Shown here in pieces: positions 9,201 through 16,143 of a stretch of DNA of 19,098 nt (positions are counted from its first letter, which is position 1; each line of letters starts with the position of its first letter). The position numbers and the translations under genes were made by a program. A model generated the notes under the pieces. That model did no database searches, had not been told where the DNA came from, and saw nothing but the letters and a program-made list of their open reading frames with translations. The stretch spans positions 1-19,098 of the forward strand of contig JBFRWI010000010.1 of NCBI GenBank assembly GCA_051439505.1, read 5' to 3'. The DNA comes from Hormoscilla sp. GTDB lineage: Bacteria > Cyanobacteriota > Cyanobacteriia > Cyanobacteriales > Desertifilaceae.

Positions 9201-9652
9201 TAGTTGAGAATGATCCGAATGATCCCCCGATCGCCATTGAGGACATTGCTGCTACGACACCAGGTGTTTCGGTCAGTATACCCGTGCTAGAAAATGATTC
9301 AGACCCAGATGGGGATGCCATCTCAATCGCTGATTTTCCCACCAGCACGCCCAGTGGGGGTACGATCGCTCTCAATGACGATCTTCTGGAGTATACGCCA
9401 GGGGATGGCTTTGCCGAAACGGACAGTTTCAGTTACAGTATATCTGATGGTAATGGCGCTACTGCCACTGCTTTCGTGATTGTAATCGTGGACGAGAATC
9501 CCCCGATCCTCAGTAATAACTTAGCTTTCAATACAGCAAGTGGCAGTCCGATCGCCCAAAACAATGATGATGTGCTGCTGTACAGCCCTACTTCTGGCTT
9601 GACTGAGATCGACCTACCCGGTTCTGATTTCGGAGGGCAAATACCATTTTGA
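6296..9652 (+). CDS. Multidomain S8 subtilisin-like serine protease: N-terminal paired DVDGNG dockerin/EF-hand-like repeats, PPC-like domain, S8 catalytic domain, five Ig/cadherin-like (Big_9-type) repeats
   Basis: 1118-aa ORF preceded by an AGGAG SD. Intact triad motifs VILDTGI, RNGHGSNV and GTSQAAPHVAG. Two DVDGNGxxDALTD repeats. Five NxPPxAxxD...LxNDxDxDGD...F.YtISDg units. Confidence 0.92.
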   Translation: MSWDVDGNGQFDALTDGKLVLGYLFGFTGEALIRNSLAPDATRTQAAQIIDYLESIRDQLDVDGNGEIDALTDAILYLRYLFGFTGESLTGGAVGAGATRDRAEQVIAYLESITEEEASIPIETGSTLDTATNVSIASTNRTYTSEVGGTSASGYLEFSLGATNEFDLSLSNLSADANVEIIDQQSGEVILSSTNAGMANESISGMLNTGSYGIHIFSADGARTNYNLDLSVMPQLDGITTGGSDVPIQTTTNVSGPLINIDDFRPDPRFTGVDGSGFAAVILDTGINLDHPFFGPDNNNDGIADRIVYHQDFADDDFNASDRNGHGSNVSSIVASSDSTFTGIAPGADIIHLKVFLDSGGGSFGYIEQALQWVVENVEIYNIASVNMSLGDVVDSDGDRLPDISGNYRTPQRLYDIDDELAALAAQNVIVVSASGNDFFGHNSEPGVAYPAADPNSLSIGAVYDSNVGGLSYRSGAQDFRTDADRITSFSQRHPTLTTVFAPGALITGAAANNNGTLIQGGTSQAAPHVAGMAVLAQQLAVQELGRRLTPGEFSDLLVSTGVTINDGDDENDNVTNTGLDFRRADMFALAEAILALAPSPANRPPVAANDSATIDAGTTATIAVLANDSDLDGDAISLDSFATRSAAGGAVTRSGNSLVYRPASGFAGNDSFSYTISDGNGGTDSATVNVTVESVNQPPRAVNDTAITDENSSVTIAVLANDVDPDGDPILVTGVSSPGNGSANISNNQIIYSPAANFVGNDSFNYTISDGSLTATATVTVTVESVNQPPIAVDDTASVQENSPVTIAVLVNDSDPDGDLLSLTGVSSPGNGSANISNNQIIYSPDADFAGNDSFRYTISDAQDTDTATVTVTVESVVNQPPIAIEDIAATTPGVSVSIPVLENDSDPDGDAISIDNFPTSTPSGGTIALNDDLLEYTPGDGFAETDSFSYSISDGNGATATAFVIVVVENDPNDPPIAIEDIAATTPGVSVSIPVLENDSDPDGDAISIADFPTSTPSGGTIALNDDLLEYTPGDGFAETDSFSYSISDGNGATATAFVIVIVDENPPILSNNLAFNTASGSPIAQNNDDVLLYSPTSGLTEIDLPGSDFGGQIPF
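8100..9490 (+). repeat. Intragenic tandem Ig-like domain repeats (5 units)
   Basis: Units 2 and 3 repeat with a 273-bp period (ggtagagtctgtaaaccaacccccg at 8371 and 8644). Units 4 and 5 repeat with a 285-bp period (8941 and 9226); I counted 6 mismatches over about 258 nt. Confidence 0.9.
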
Positions 9653-9698
9653 TTTAATGATGATACAGGCGGGCTGACAACGAAGCTATATCTTATAT

Positions 9699-11798
9699 CT
9701 ACACAGAGGTAAAACTGCCACTTACCTGGGCGGGTTCGATACCTACAACGATACCTAAGATTTGATTGCTGTTAGCAATACTGATGACCGTGTTCCCCCC
9801 ATCTAAGGTCAGATCCAGATCCCCTTCTGTTAATCCTCCCGTTAGCCCGATCGCATCTACATCGCTTTGGAAACGCAGGATGCGATCGGCTAAAGCCGGG
9901 TTGTCAACTGCTGCCTCAGTTGACAGCACAAAGGTATCGCTACCACCGCCGCCAAACAGAATATCGCGACCCAACTCGCCATTGAGGAGATCATTTTCTC
10001 CACCCCCAATCAACAAGTCATTTCCATCACCGCCAGTAATCGTGTCAGCACCCCGACCCCCATTGAGGTTATCATTTCCGCTGCCCCCATTGAGGCGATC
10101 GTTTCCGTTTTTGCCTAAGAGTTGATCGTCCCCACCTCGACCCTCAATAAACTCGTTATCAACGGTGCCAATCAAAATATCATCGTCTTCAGTTCCTATG
10201 AAAGCAGGCCGATCGGTACTGTTCAGCAGGACTGAGACATTTCCGGAATTCCCAGTATCCCCCACTACCAAGTCTAGCTTGCTGTCTTTATTAAAGTCTA
10301 CCACCGCAATGGAAACCGGACCATTTCCTGCCTCAAAGTTGATAGCATCTGCGAAGTCTCCATCTCCAGAACCCAACAGCACTGAGACATTGTTCGAGTC
10401 GCGGTTCGCTGTCGCTATGTCCGGGTTGCCATCGCCATCGAGGTCGCCCACGGCTACAGACCAAGGATCTACGGCAGCGTCACCAACTCCAAAGTTAGTA
10501 GCACTGCTAAGTAAACCATTTCTATTCCCCAACAGCACTGAGACATTGTCCGATCGAATGTTAGCCGTTACCAAGTCGAAGTTGCCATCTCCGTTAAAGT
10601 CGCCCACCGCTACGGAATTTGGCTGATCCCCTACTCCAAATGTAATTTTGTTAAAATCCCCATCCTCATTTCCGAACAACACTGAGACTTGAGAGGGTCC
10701 GTTCGCCGCCGCGATGTCCAGGTTGCCATCTCCGTTGAAGTCTCCCGTAGCCAAAGAAACGGGTCTATTCCCCCCCCCCCAAACTCTAGGAGTAGCAAAG
10801 GTGCCATCTCCATTTTCTAATAGTATTGATATGTTATTGAAGGCTTCCCTGCCCGCCGCTGCTATTATGTCCAGGTTGCCATCTCCGTTGAAGTCTCCCG
10901 TAGCTACGGAAGAGAATCTATTATTATTCCCCGGCTCAACATTGGTAGCAGTAGCAAAGGTGCCATCCCCATTTCCCAAAATCACTGAGACTTGATTAGA
11001 GGCATTAGAGGCATCATTGTTTGCCGCTACTAGATCCAGGTTGCCATCGCCGTTAAAGTCTCCCAAAGCGGCAGAAGCTGGAGAACCATCCGCTGGAAAC
11101 TCAAGGGCTGCTGCAATTCCCCCATTCCCATTCCCCAACAGCACTGTGAATCCCCTGGAGCCATTCGCCGTCACCAAGTCGAGGTTGCCGTCTCCATCTA
11201 TGTCCCCCGCCGCAATTTCGGAAGGACTGCCCCCAACTGGAAAGTTGATGGCATCATCAAAGGAAACGAAAACGCCTGGGTACTCCCGCACTACTGCTGG
11301 CAGAAAGGCTAGCTCACTCTTCATCTGACCGAGAATGTATTCAAGCTGCCAATTTCCACCTTTTCCAGCATTACCTACCCGCCGTGCTGAGGCGGCGATA
11401 TTAGCACCAGTTAGTTGATGCAAGCGCAACAGAAATTCTGAATTCTTTTCGGCTGCTACATTACAGGCATACAGGGAAATCTCAGCAACACCCCACTCCA
11501 TCAGTTGCTGGCTGTATCGTGACAAATTCTCCTGGTTCAGAGGAGTCTTGCCTAAGTACAAGCAACCTGGTGCGCCGTGGCAAACTACGTGCAGTGCGCC
11601 AGTGGGATCCGTTGCTAAGGCGCGAGTAATTTGTGCAACTCCATCTTCCTCCTCGTCAAGGATGAGAATCTTGACCTCCGGGCGCCGTCCCCTAGCTAGC
11701 ATTTGGTAGTCTTCCACCCTGGGGTCGATTACTACCAGAGTATTGCCTTGACTTTGTTCTAAGGTAATGGTATGATGGCGTTCAGTTTTGTTGGTCAT
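9699..11798 (-). CDS. DUF4347 + seven FG-GAP/VCBS repeats + RTX-type Ca-binding nonapeptide repeats; probable type I-secreted surface protein
   Basis: 699-aa ORF preceded by a GGAG SD. The N-terminus LVVIDPRVEDYQML...LHVVCHGAPGCLYLG...LYACNVA...GGNWQLE is typical of DUF4347. Seven GDFNGDGNLD-like repeats. About ten GGxGxDxLx-like repeats. C-terminus DRILRFQSDVDAIGL...SGSFTSV. Confidence 0.9.
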   Translation of the reverse strand: MTNKTERHHTITLEQSQGNTLVVIDPRVEDYQMLARGRRPEVKILILDEEEDGVAQITRALATDPTGALHVVCHGAPGCLYLGKTPLNQENLSRYSQQLMEWGVAEISLYACNVAAEKNSEFLLRLHQLTGANIAASARRVGNAGKGGNWQLEYILGQMKSELAFLPAVVREYPGVFVSFDDAINFPVGGSPSEIAAGDIDGDGNLDLVTANGSRGFTVLLGNGNGGIAAALEFPADGSPASAALGDFNGDGNLDLVAANNDASNASNQVSVILGNGDGTFATATNVEPGNNNRFSSVATGDFNGDGNLDIIAAAGREAFNNISILLENGDGTFATPRVWGGGNRPVSLATGDFNGDGNLDIAAANGPSQVSVLFGNEDGDFNKITFGVGDQPNSVAVGDFNGDGNFDLVTANIRSDNVSVLLGNRNGLLSSATNFGVGDAAVDPWSVAVGDLDGDGNPDIATANRDSNNVSVLLGSGDGDFADAINFEAGNGPVSIAVVDFNKDSKLDLVVGDTGNSGNVSVLLNSTDRPAFIGTEDDDILIGTVDNEFIEGRGGDDQLLGKNGNDRLNGGSGNDNLNGGRGADTITGGDGNDLLIGGGENDLLNGELGRDILFGGGGSDTFVLSTEAAVDNPALADRILRFQSDVDAIGLTGGLTEGDLDLTLDGGNTVISIANSNQILGIVVGIEPAQVSGSFTSV
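10770..10780 (-). repeat. G11 homopolymer tract within the DUF4347/FG-GAP gene
   Basis: The plus strand has 11 consecutive C. The coding strand reads GTT TGG GGG GGG GGG AAT (VWGGGN). Confidence 0.9.
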
Positions 11799-11902
11799 GT
11801 TTTTCTCCGTCGAGAGGTATTACTCCTTACCTCAGCCTGGGTAAAGAGGGTTGGTCTGATTGATTTTACATTATAGCTCGCTATCAGCATTTATTGAATT
11901 CC

Positions 11903-11932
11903 GTAGGTTGGGTTGACGGCAGGAAACCCAAC
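11903..11932 (+). repeat. GTAG-type REP hairpin (cyanobacterial GTAGGTTGGGTT...AACCCAAC family)
   Basis: gtag followed by an 8-bp stem, gttgggtt (11907-11914) and aacccaac (11925-11932). Confidence 0.75.
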
Positions 11933-11995
11933 GCCAATCTCTCGCTCATCTCGGGATGCGATCGCTCACATGCCCGGTTTCTGGCCCGCGTGCGA

Positions 11996-12042
11996 TAGAG
12001 TCGGAAATCGAGCAATTAATATCGGAAATTGCTAATAGTTGA
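11996..12042 (+). repeat. Direct repeat copy 2: orphan copy of the last 15 codons and stop of the C-DES gene
   Basis: tagagtcggaaatcgagcaattaatatcggaaattgctaatagttga translates as ESEIEQLISEIANS*, against ESEIEQLVSEIANC* in the intact gene. Confidence 0.92.
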
Positions 12043-12066
12043 GCGTTAGCGTAACCCGTAACCCAA
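12038..12066 (+). repeat. Truncated REP-like remnant
   Basis: gttgagcgttagcgtaacccgtaacccaa resembles the 3' part of the REP family at 11903-11932, with gtaaccc duplicated. Confidence 0.45.
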
Positions 12067-12116
12067 TGCTATCCCAGACTAAATCGGGTGCATCCCAGTT
12101 TTGAGAATGGTATATA

Positions 12117-12635
12117 TTAGATCATATCCATCACCGCATGAACGAAAGCGGCTTCATTTGCAGCTGGACCCTCGCAGTAGTTGTGGTGAGAACCTTCCTC
12201 TGACCAACCGCAGAGATAGGTGATGTCGCTTCCATCGATTTGGTTTATACCCTTTTCTAATGTAAAGAACCAAAATTTGGGATGATTGGGGGTTAAAGAA
12301 ACAGAATCACTCGACAGGTCAATATTCAATACAATACAAGCAAAATGTGCTTCTGCTGGCTCAAACGGCGGCGGCATAGCCACAATGAGTGCTGGGAAAT
12401 TTTTGAGGCGGCAAGCAGTGATGTTTACTTCTTCAATATCAAAGGGTGAATCGCCTTCACCGTCGCAGTGTTGCCGGACATGTTTCCAGATTATCTGCAT
12501 AAATTGATCTTTTGAAGGTGACATCATTGTATTAAAAAAAGCCTGGGGGTTGTTTTGGCAAATATCGCGCAAGGCCATATGGACAAATACATAGTGATGA
12601 TGACCTTTATTGTCTTTTCTCTTGCGTGGCGACAT
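12117..12635 (-). CDS. Hypothetical protein of about 172 aa (the ORF is open to 12701, but the likely start is MSPRKRK at 12635)
   Basis: An AGGAG SD lies about 8 nt upstream of the ATG at 12635 (ttaggagaaacgttcATG). The sequence looks globular, with HHYVFVH, PPPFEPAEAHF, FFTLEKG and LCGWSEEGSHHNY motifs. I do not recognise a named family. Confidence 0.75.
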   Translation of the reverse strand: MSPRKRKDNKGHHHYVFVHMALRDICQNNPQAFFNTMMSPSKDQFMQIIWKHVRQHCDGEGDSPFDIEEVNITACRLKNFPALIVAMPPPFEPAEAHFACIVLNIDLSSDSVSLTPNHPKFWFFTLEKGINQIDGSDITYLCGWSEEGSHHNYCEGPAANEAAFVHAVMDMI

Positions 12636-12826
12636 GAACGTTTCTCCTAATATAGTAAAACAAGAGGTTTGATATTTATCGTTTGCCTTGAATAATAGCA
12701 TTTCTCAAATAACTGTGAGATCCGGGAGAATACTGAACCCCTTATCCTCTCTGGATTTCTTCCTACCAGATCGCATCAGTTTGAGAAACGCTATCAGCTG
12801 TTAAATTATGACAGTAATTGTATCAA

Positions 12827-15800
12827 TCAGCCATTACTGGGAGTCAATTGGAGATACAAACAGGGCACGACTAAAAGGGCGATCGCGGTAGAAGCGATCA
12901 ACCCAAAGCCGATGGCCATGCAGAGGGGAAACCAGACCGCATCGCTGAGGGCCAGGGGAACCACACCCACGATGGTGGTAATGCTGGTAGTTAGAACCGG
13001 ACGCAGGCGATCGGCAGCCCCACGTGCAGCAGCTTCCCGCAGGTTCAGGCCCCGTTGGCGATGAGAATTCATCGTTTCTACCATAACAATTGAATCATTA
13101 ACCACAATTCCCGTCAGAGCAATAATTCCAATTACCGCCGGGAAAGATATCGGGATCCAGAACAGAAAGAAGCCGCCAAAAGTGCCGATCAAAGCAAAGG
13201 GAATAGCCAGCATAATAATGAAAGGCTGGGTGAAGGAGCCAAATTGAATCACTAGGACAGCAAAGACTAGGAACAGTGCCACACCTGCCATCTGTCCCGC
13301 CGAACCAAAAGTCTCGCTTTGGGTTTCCGCCTCCCCGCCGAACTTATAGTTATAGTCTCCGGGCCAGCTGCGCTGCATTGTCTGCAACTGCGGTTCCAAA
13401 TCTGCTAAGATCTCCCCGACCGTGCGACCTTTAGTCTTCGCCAAAACCGTGACCGTGCGCTGGGCATCTTGGTGGGTAATAGACAAAGGTGCCTGACCCG
13501 ATTCGATTTCGACTATTTGGGTGGCGGTAATTGACCCGTCTGGGGAGAAGAAACGAGCCATCATCAGTTCGTCCATGCGAGTGGGTCCGCCAACTGCGCC
13601 ACCACGGGAGGGCCATTTGGTACTGAGGTGAATTTCCAGGTCTTCTTCTCCACCCCCGATCGGGAAATCTCCGATATCGTTATCAGTCATCAGGTAGCGT
13701 CCCTGGAGGGCGAAATCTCCTGGAGTAATGCCATAGAAATTCATCGCTTCCCGGCGGGGACGAAGTTTCATATCCGGTCGTTCCGGACCCAGGTCGTCGC
13801 GGACATCTGCCGTTCCCCGAATCTGTCGCAAAGCTAGCTGCACGTCCCCAGAAATGCCGCGCAACAGGTCCATGTCACTGCCGGTTAGCTCAATGGCGAT
13901 CGGGTCTCCCCCCGTTCCCGTACTCTCGTAATTCACCACGAGAGACGTCCCCGGATAGTTGCGAACGAGCGCTTGTAACTCCGACCGCAGGGGGTCTATA
14001 TATTCAAAGGACAATTTTTCCCGTTCTGCTGGAGGTACAAACATTGCCGAAAAGCCCACTAGGTAGTTGCCCGTGCTGGGTTTGATGCCGCTTTCTTGCA
14101 CCAGGTTACTGCGCTGACCGACGAATTTGACTACCGTCTCCAAGTAATCCTTGCTTCGCAGAATTTCCCCCACTTCATCTGCTACAATTTGGGAACTGTC
14201 GAGGGTAGTAGTGGGGGGCATTTCGATGTTGATACTCAATTTGAGTTTATCGGAGTTGGGAAACAAAGTCCCTGGTACGTTCCCCACCAGAATTGTAGTG
14301 CAGACAAATAAGGCGATCGCCCCCAGAGTCCAAAGGCGGGCAGTAGTTTTGTTGCGGACAGTGGAGCGCAAACTCCAATGCCTAAACTTCTCGGAGACTA
14401 CTTCAGTGAGTTTGTCAATGACAGTTTTTTTCGCGCCGCCTTTGACATTAGCAAGGAGGTAACGGGAGAGGGGAATATCTACTAAGAGGGCGATCGCGTA
14501 GCTGATCAGCAAGCAAGTAATGGCACTAATGGGAATCAAACGGATAAACTTACCCATGGTGCCGCTAATTGCCATCAAGGGGGCCATGGCCAGGATAGTA
14601 GTCAACTGACCGGAAAAAGCTGGCACTGCGTAGGTGTTAACAGTTTTCAAGGCAGCTTGCTCGAAAGACATACCTTCAACGAAAATCCCATCATGCATCC
14701 CTTCCATCATCAGGATGAATACATCTACAAGGAGTCCCAGGGCCAGGATCAGACCCACTTGCACCATCGTATTCAGAGTGTTGCCGAATATCCAAAGGAC
14801 CGCGATCGACCCCAAAAAGGTGAGGGGAATAGACAGGCCAGCGATGATGGCTTCGCGCCAACTAAGGGCTAACAATAATACGATAAAAACACCCAGCACT
14901 CCTTGCCAAGCATTATTGAAGAGATTCTGCAGTTTCTCGTTGATGATATCGGCATCCGTACTGATGATTTTGTATTCCATCCCGTAGGGCCAGATTGAAG
15001 GATTTTGTCTGGCCTGCTCGATCGCCGCCAGGCAATCATTAATCACCTTAATTGTGTCCGAACCCGGTACCTTGACTACATCCACGTTAATTACCGGTTC
15101 AAACTCTCCCCCATTACCACTAATAAAAGCGCGAGTTTTTTCTCGTTCCAGGTCGCGACGCACTTCTGCTACTTCTGAGAGGTACACCACCCTTCCTTCC
15201 GTACCCCCCAGGCGGGTGACCGGTAAACTGCGCAGGTCTGCTTCCGTTCTAAAGCGACCGTAATAACGCACTTGGGTGCCTATGTCGTCGCTCTCTACCT
15301 GGTCCCAGGGCATGTCTCGGTTGCCTCCGATAATCGCATCTCTCACCTGAGTAGGAGAAATATTCAGAGTCAGGAGGCGATCGGGCAGCAGTTGCACGTG
15401 GATGACATCTTTGCGATCGCCACTCAGGTCAACTTTTCTGACATTGGGGACTTTTTCTAACAGTTCTTCAATATCTTCGGCAGCGCGACTCAGGACTGCC
15501 TGGTCGATATTGCCAAACAGGCCCAGGCTGAGAACGGGGGTATCTTGGGCTGATATTTGCTCGACTTTGGGTTCTTCTGCATCCGAGGGCAAATTTAACT
15601 CTGCGGAAGCTTCATCAACTTCTGCTCTCACCAGGGCGATGGACTCTGCCACCGGTGCTTCGGCGCGGAATTCAATTTGAATTTGCGAACGGCCATCGAA
15701 GGAAGCACTACTAAGTTCTTTGAGTCCCTTGAGGGATTTGAGTTCTTTTTCTAGCTTGTCCGTGACCTGGTTCTCGATCGTTTCTGGATCTGCACCCGGC

Positions 15801-15991
15801 CAAATCGTCGTCACGCTAGCGAAGGCTTGATCTATATCCGGGTCCCCTTCTTTAACCATTGTCGCCGCCCCGATCGCCCCTCCAATTACCAGTAGGACGC
15901 ATAGGAGAATGCCAAAAACCTGCTTCAGGAAAAAGAACTTGGCGAATGGCGTTGCTTTGCTTACATCTGGAACATCATGTTCTTCATTCAT
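12827..15991 (-). CDS. RND efflux transporter permease subunit (AcrB/AcrD/AcrF family)
   Basis: 1054-aa ORF. WPGADPETIENQVTDKLEKEL, SIPLTFLGS, GLLVD, IMLAIPFALIG and RLRPVLTTSITT motifs. Two large periplasmic loops and a 12-TM pattern. Confidence 0.95.
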   Translation of the reverse strand: MNEEHDVPDVSKATPFAKFFFLKQVFGILLCVLLVIGGAIGAATMVKEGDPDIDQAFASVTTIWPGADPETIENQVTDKLEKELKSLKGLKELSSASFDGRSQIQIEFRAEAPVAESIALVRAEVDEASAELNLPSDAEEPKVEQISAQDTPVLSLGLFGNIDQAVLSRAAEDIEELLEKVPNVRKVDLSGDRKDVIHVQLLPDRLLTLNISPTQVRDAIIGGNRDMPWDQVESDDIGTQVRYYGRFRTEADLRSLPVTRLGGTEGRVVYLSEVAEVRRDLEREKTRAFISGNGGEFEPVINVDVVKVPGSDTIKVINDCLAAIEQARQNPSIWPYGMEYKIISTDADIINEKLQNLFNNAWQGVLGVFIVLLLALSWREAIIAGLSIPLTFLGSIAVLWIFGNTLNTMVQVGLILALGLLVDVFILMMEGMHDGIFVEGMSFEQAALKTVNTYAVPAFSGQLTTILAMAPLMAISGTMGKFIRLIPISAITCLLISYAIALLVDIPLSRYLLANVKGGAKKTVIDKLTEVVSEKFRHWSLRSTVRNKTTARLWTLGAIALFVCTTILVGNVPGTLFPNSDKLKLSINIEMPPTTTLDSSQIVADEVGEILRSKDYLETVVKFVGQRSNLVQESGIKPSTGNYLVGFSAMFVPPAEREKLSFEYIDPLRSELQALVRNYPGTSLVVNYESTGTGGDPIAIELTGSDMDLLRGISGDVQLALRQIRGTADVRDDLGPERPDMKLRPRREAMNFYGITPGDFALQGRYLMTDNDIGDFPIGGGEEDLEIHLSTKWPSRGGAVGGPTRMDELMMARFFSPDGSITATQIVEIESGQAPLSITHQDAQRTVTVLAKTKGRTVGEILADLEPQLQTMQRSWPGDYNYKFGGEAETQSETFGSAGQMAGVALFLVFAVLVIQFGSFTQPFIIMLAIPFALIGTFGGFFLFWIPISFPAVIGIIALTGIVVNDSIVMVETMNSHRQRGLNLREAAARGAADRLRPVLTTSITTIVGVVPLALSDAVWFPLCMAIGFGLIASTAIALLVVPCLYLQLTPSNG

Positions 15992-16083
15992 TGTTCATTG
16001 CTAATTGTTCATTGCTAATTGTTCATTGCTAATTGTTCATTGCTAATTGTTCATTGCTAATTGTTCATTGCTAATTGTTCATT
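15990..16083. repeat. Perfect 14-bp tandem repeat (ATTGTTCATTGCTA) x6.7, built from alternating heptamers
   Basis: Six full units at 15990-16073 plus a 10-nt partial unit. The array overlaps the RND permease start codon. Confidence 0.95.
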
Positions 16084-16093
16084 ACTTCTAAGA

Positions 16094-16128
16094 CCATTAG
16101 CCATTAGCCATTAGCCATTAGCCATTAG
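16094..16128. repeat. STRR-type heptamer repeat (CCATTAG) x5
   Basis: Five perfect copies read directly from the sequence. Confidence 0.95.
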
Positions 16129-16143
16129 CTATTCTCCATTTTC

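Noticed and set aside
8884..9479. Pairs of near-identical short ORFs on both strands
   Set aside because: They are by-products of the 285-bp intragenic duplication in the subtilase gene.
9766..11328. Series of plus-strand Ser/Pro-rich ORFs with repeated SRLPSPLKSP
   Set aside because: These are antisense translations of the FG-GAP and RTX repeats.
5788..11957. Absence of perfect HIP1 as proof of non-cyanobacterial origin of the islet
   Set aside because: CGATCG near-matches are frequent in both islet genes, and the TM0106 gene also lacks perfect HIP1. The domain content is typical of cyanobacteria.
12636..12701. N-terminal 22 codons of the 194-aa ORF
   Set aside because: A clear SD precedes the ATG at 12635, so the upstream extension is probably not translated.
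15990..16128. Possible CRISPR array
   Set aside because: The repeats are head-to-tail with no unique spacers. No cas operon is present, and the Cas4-like motif in the TM0106 gene does not indicate CRISPR.
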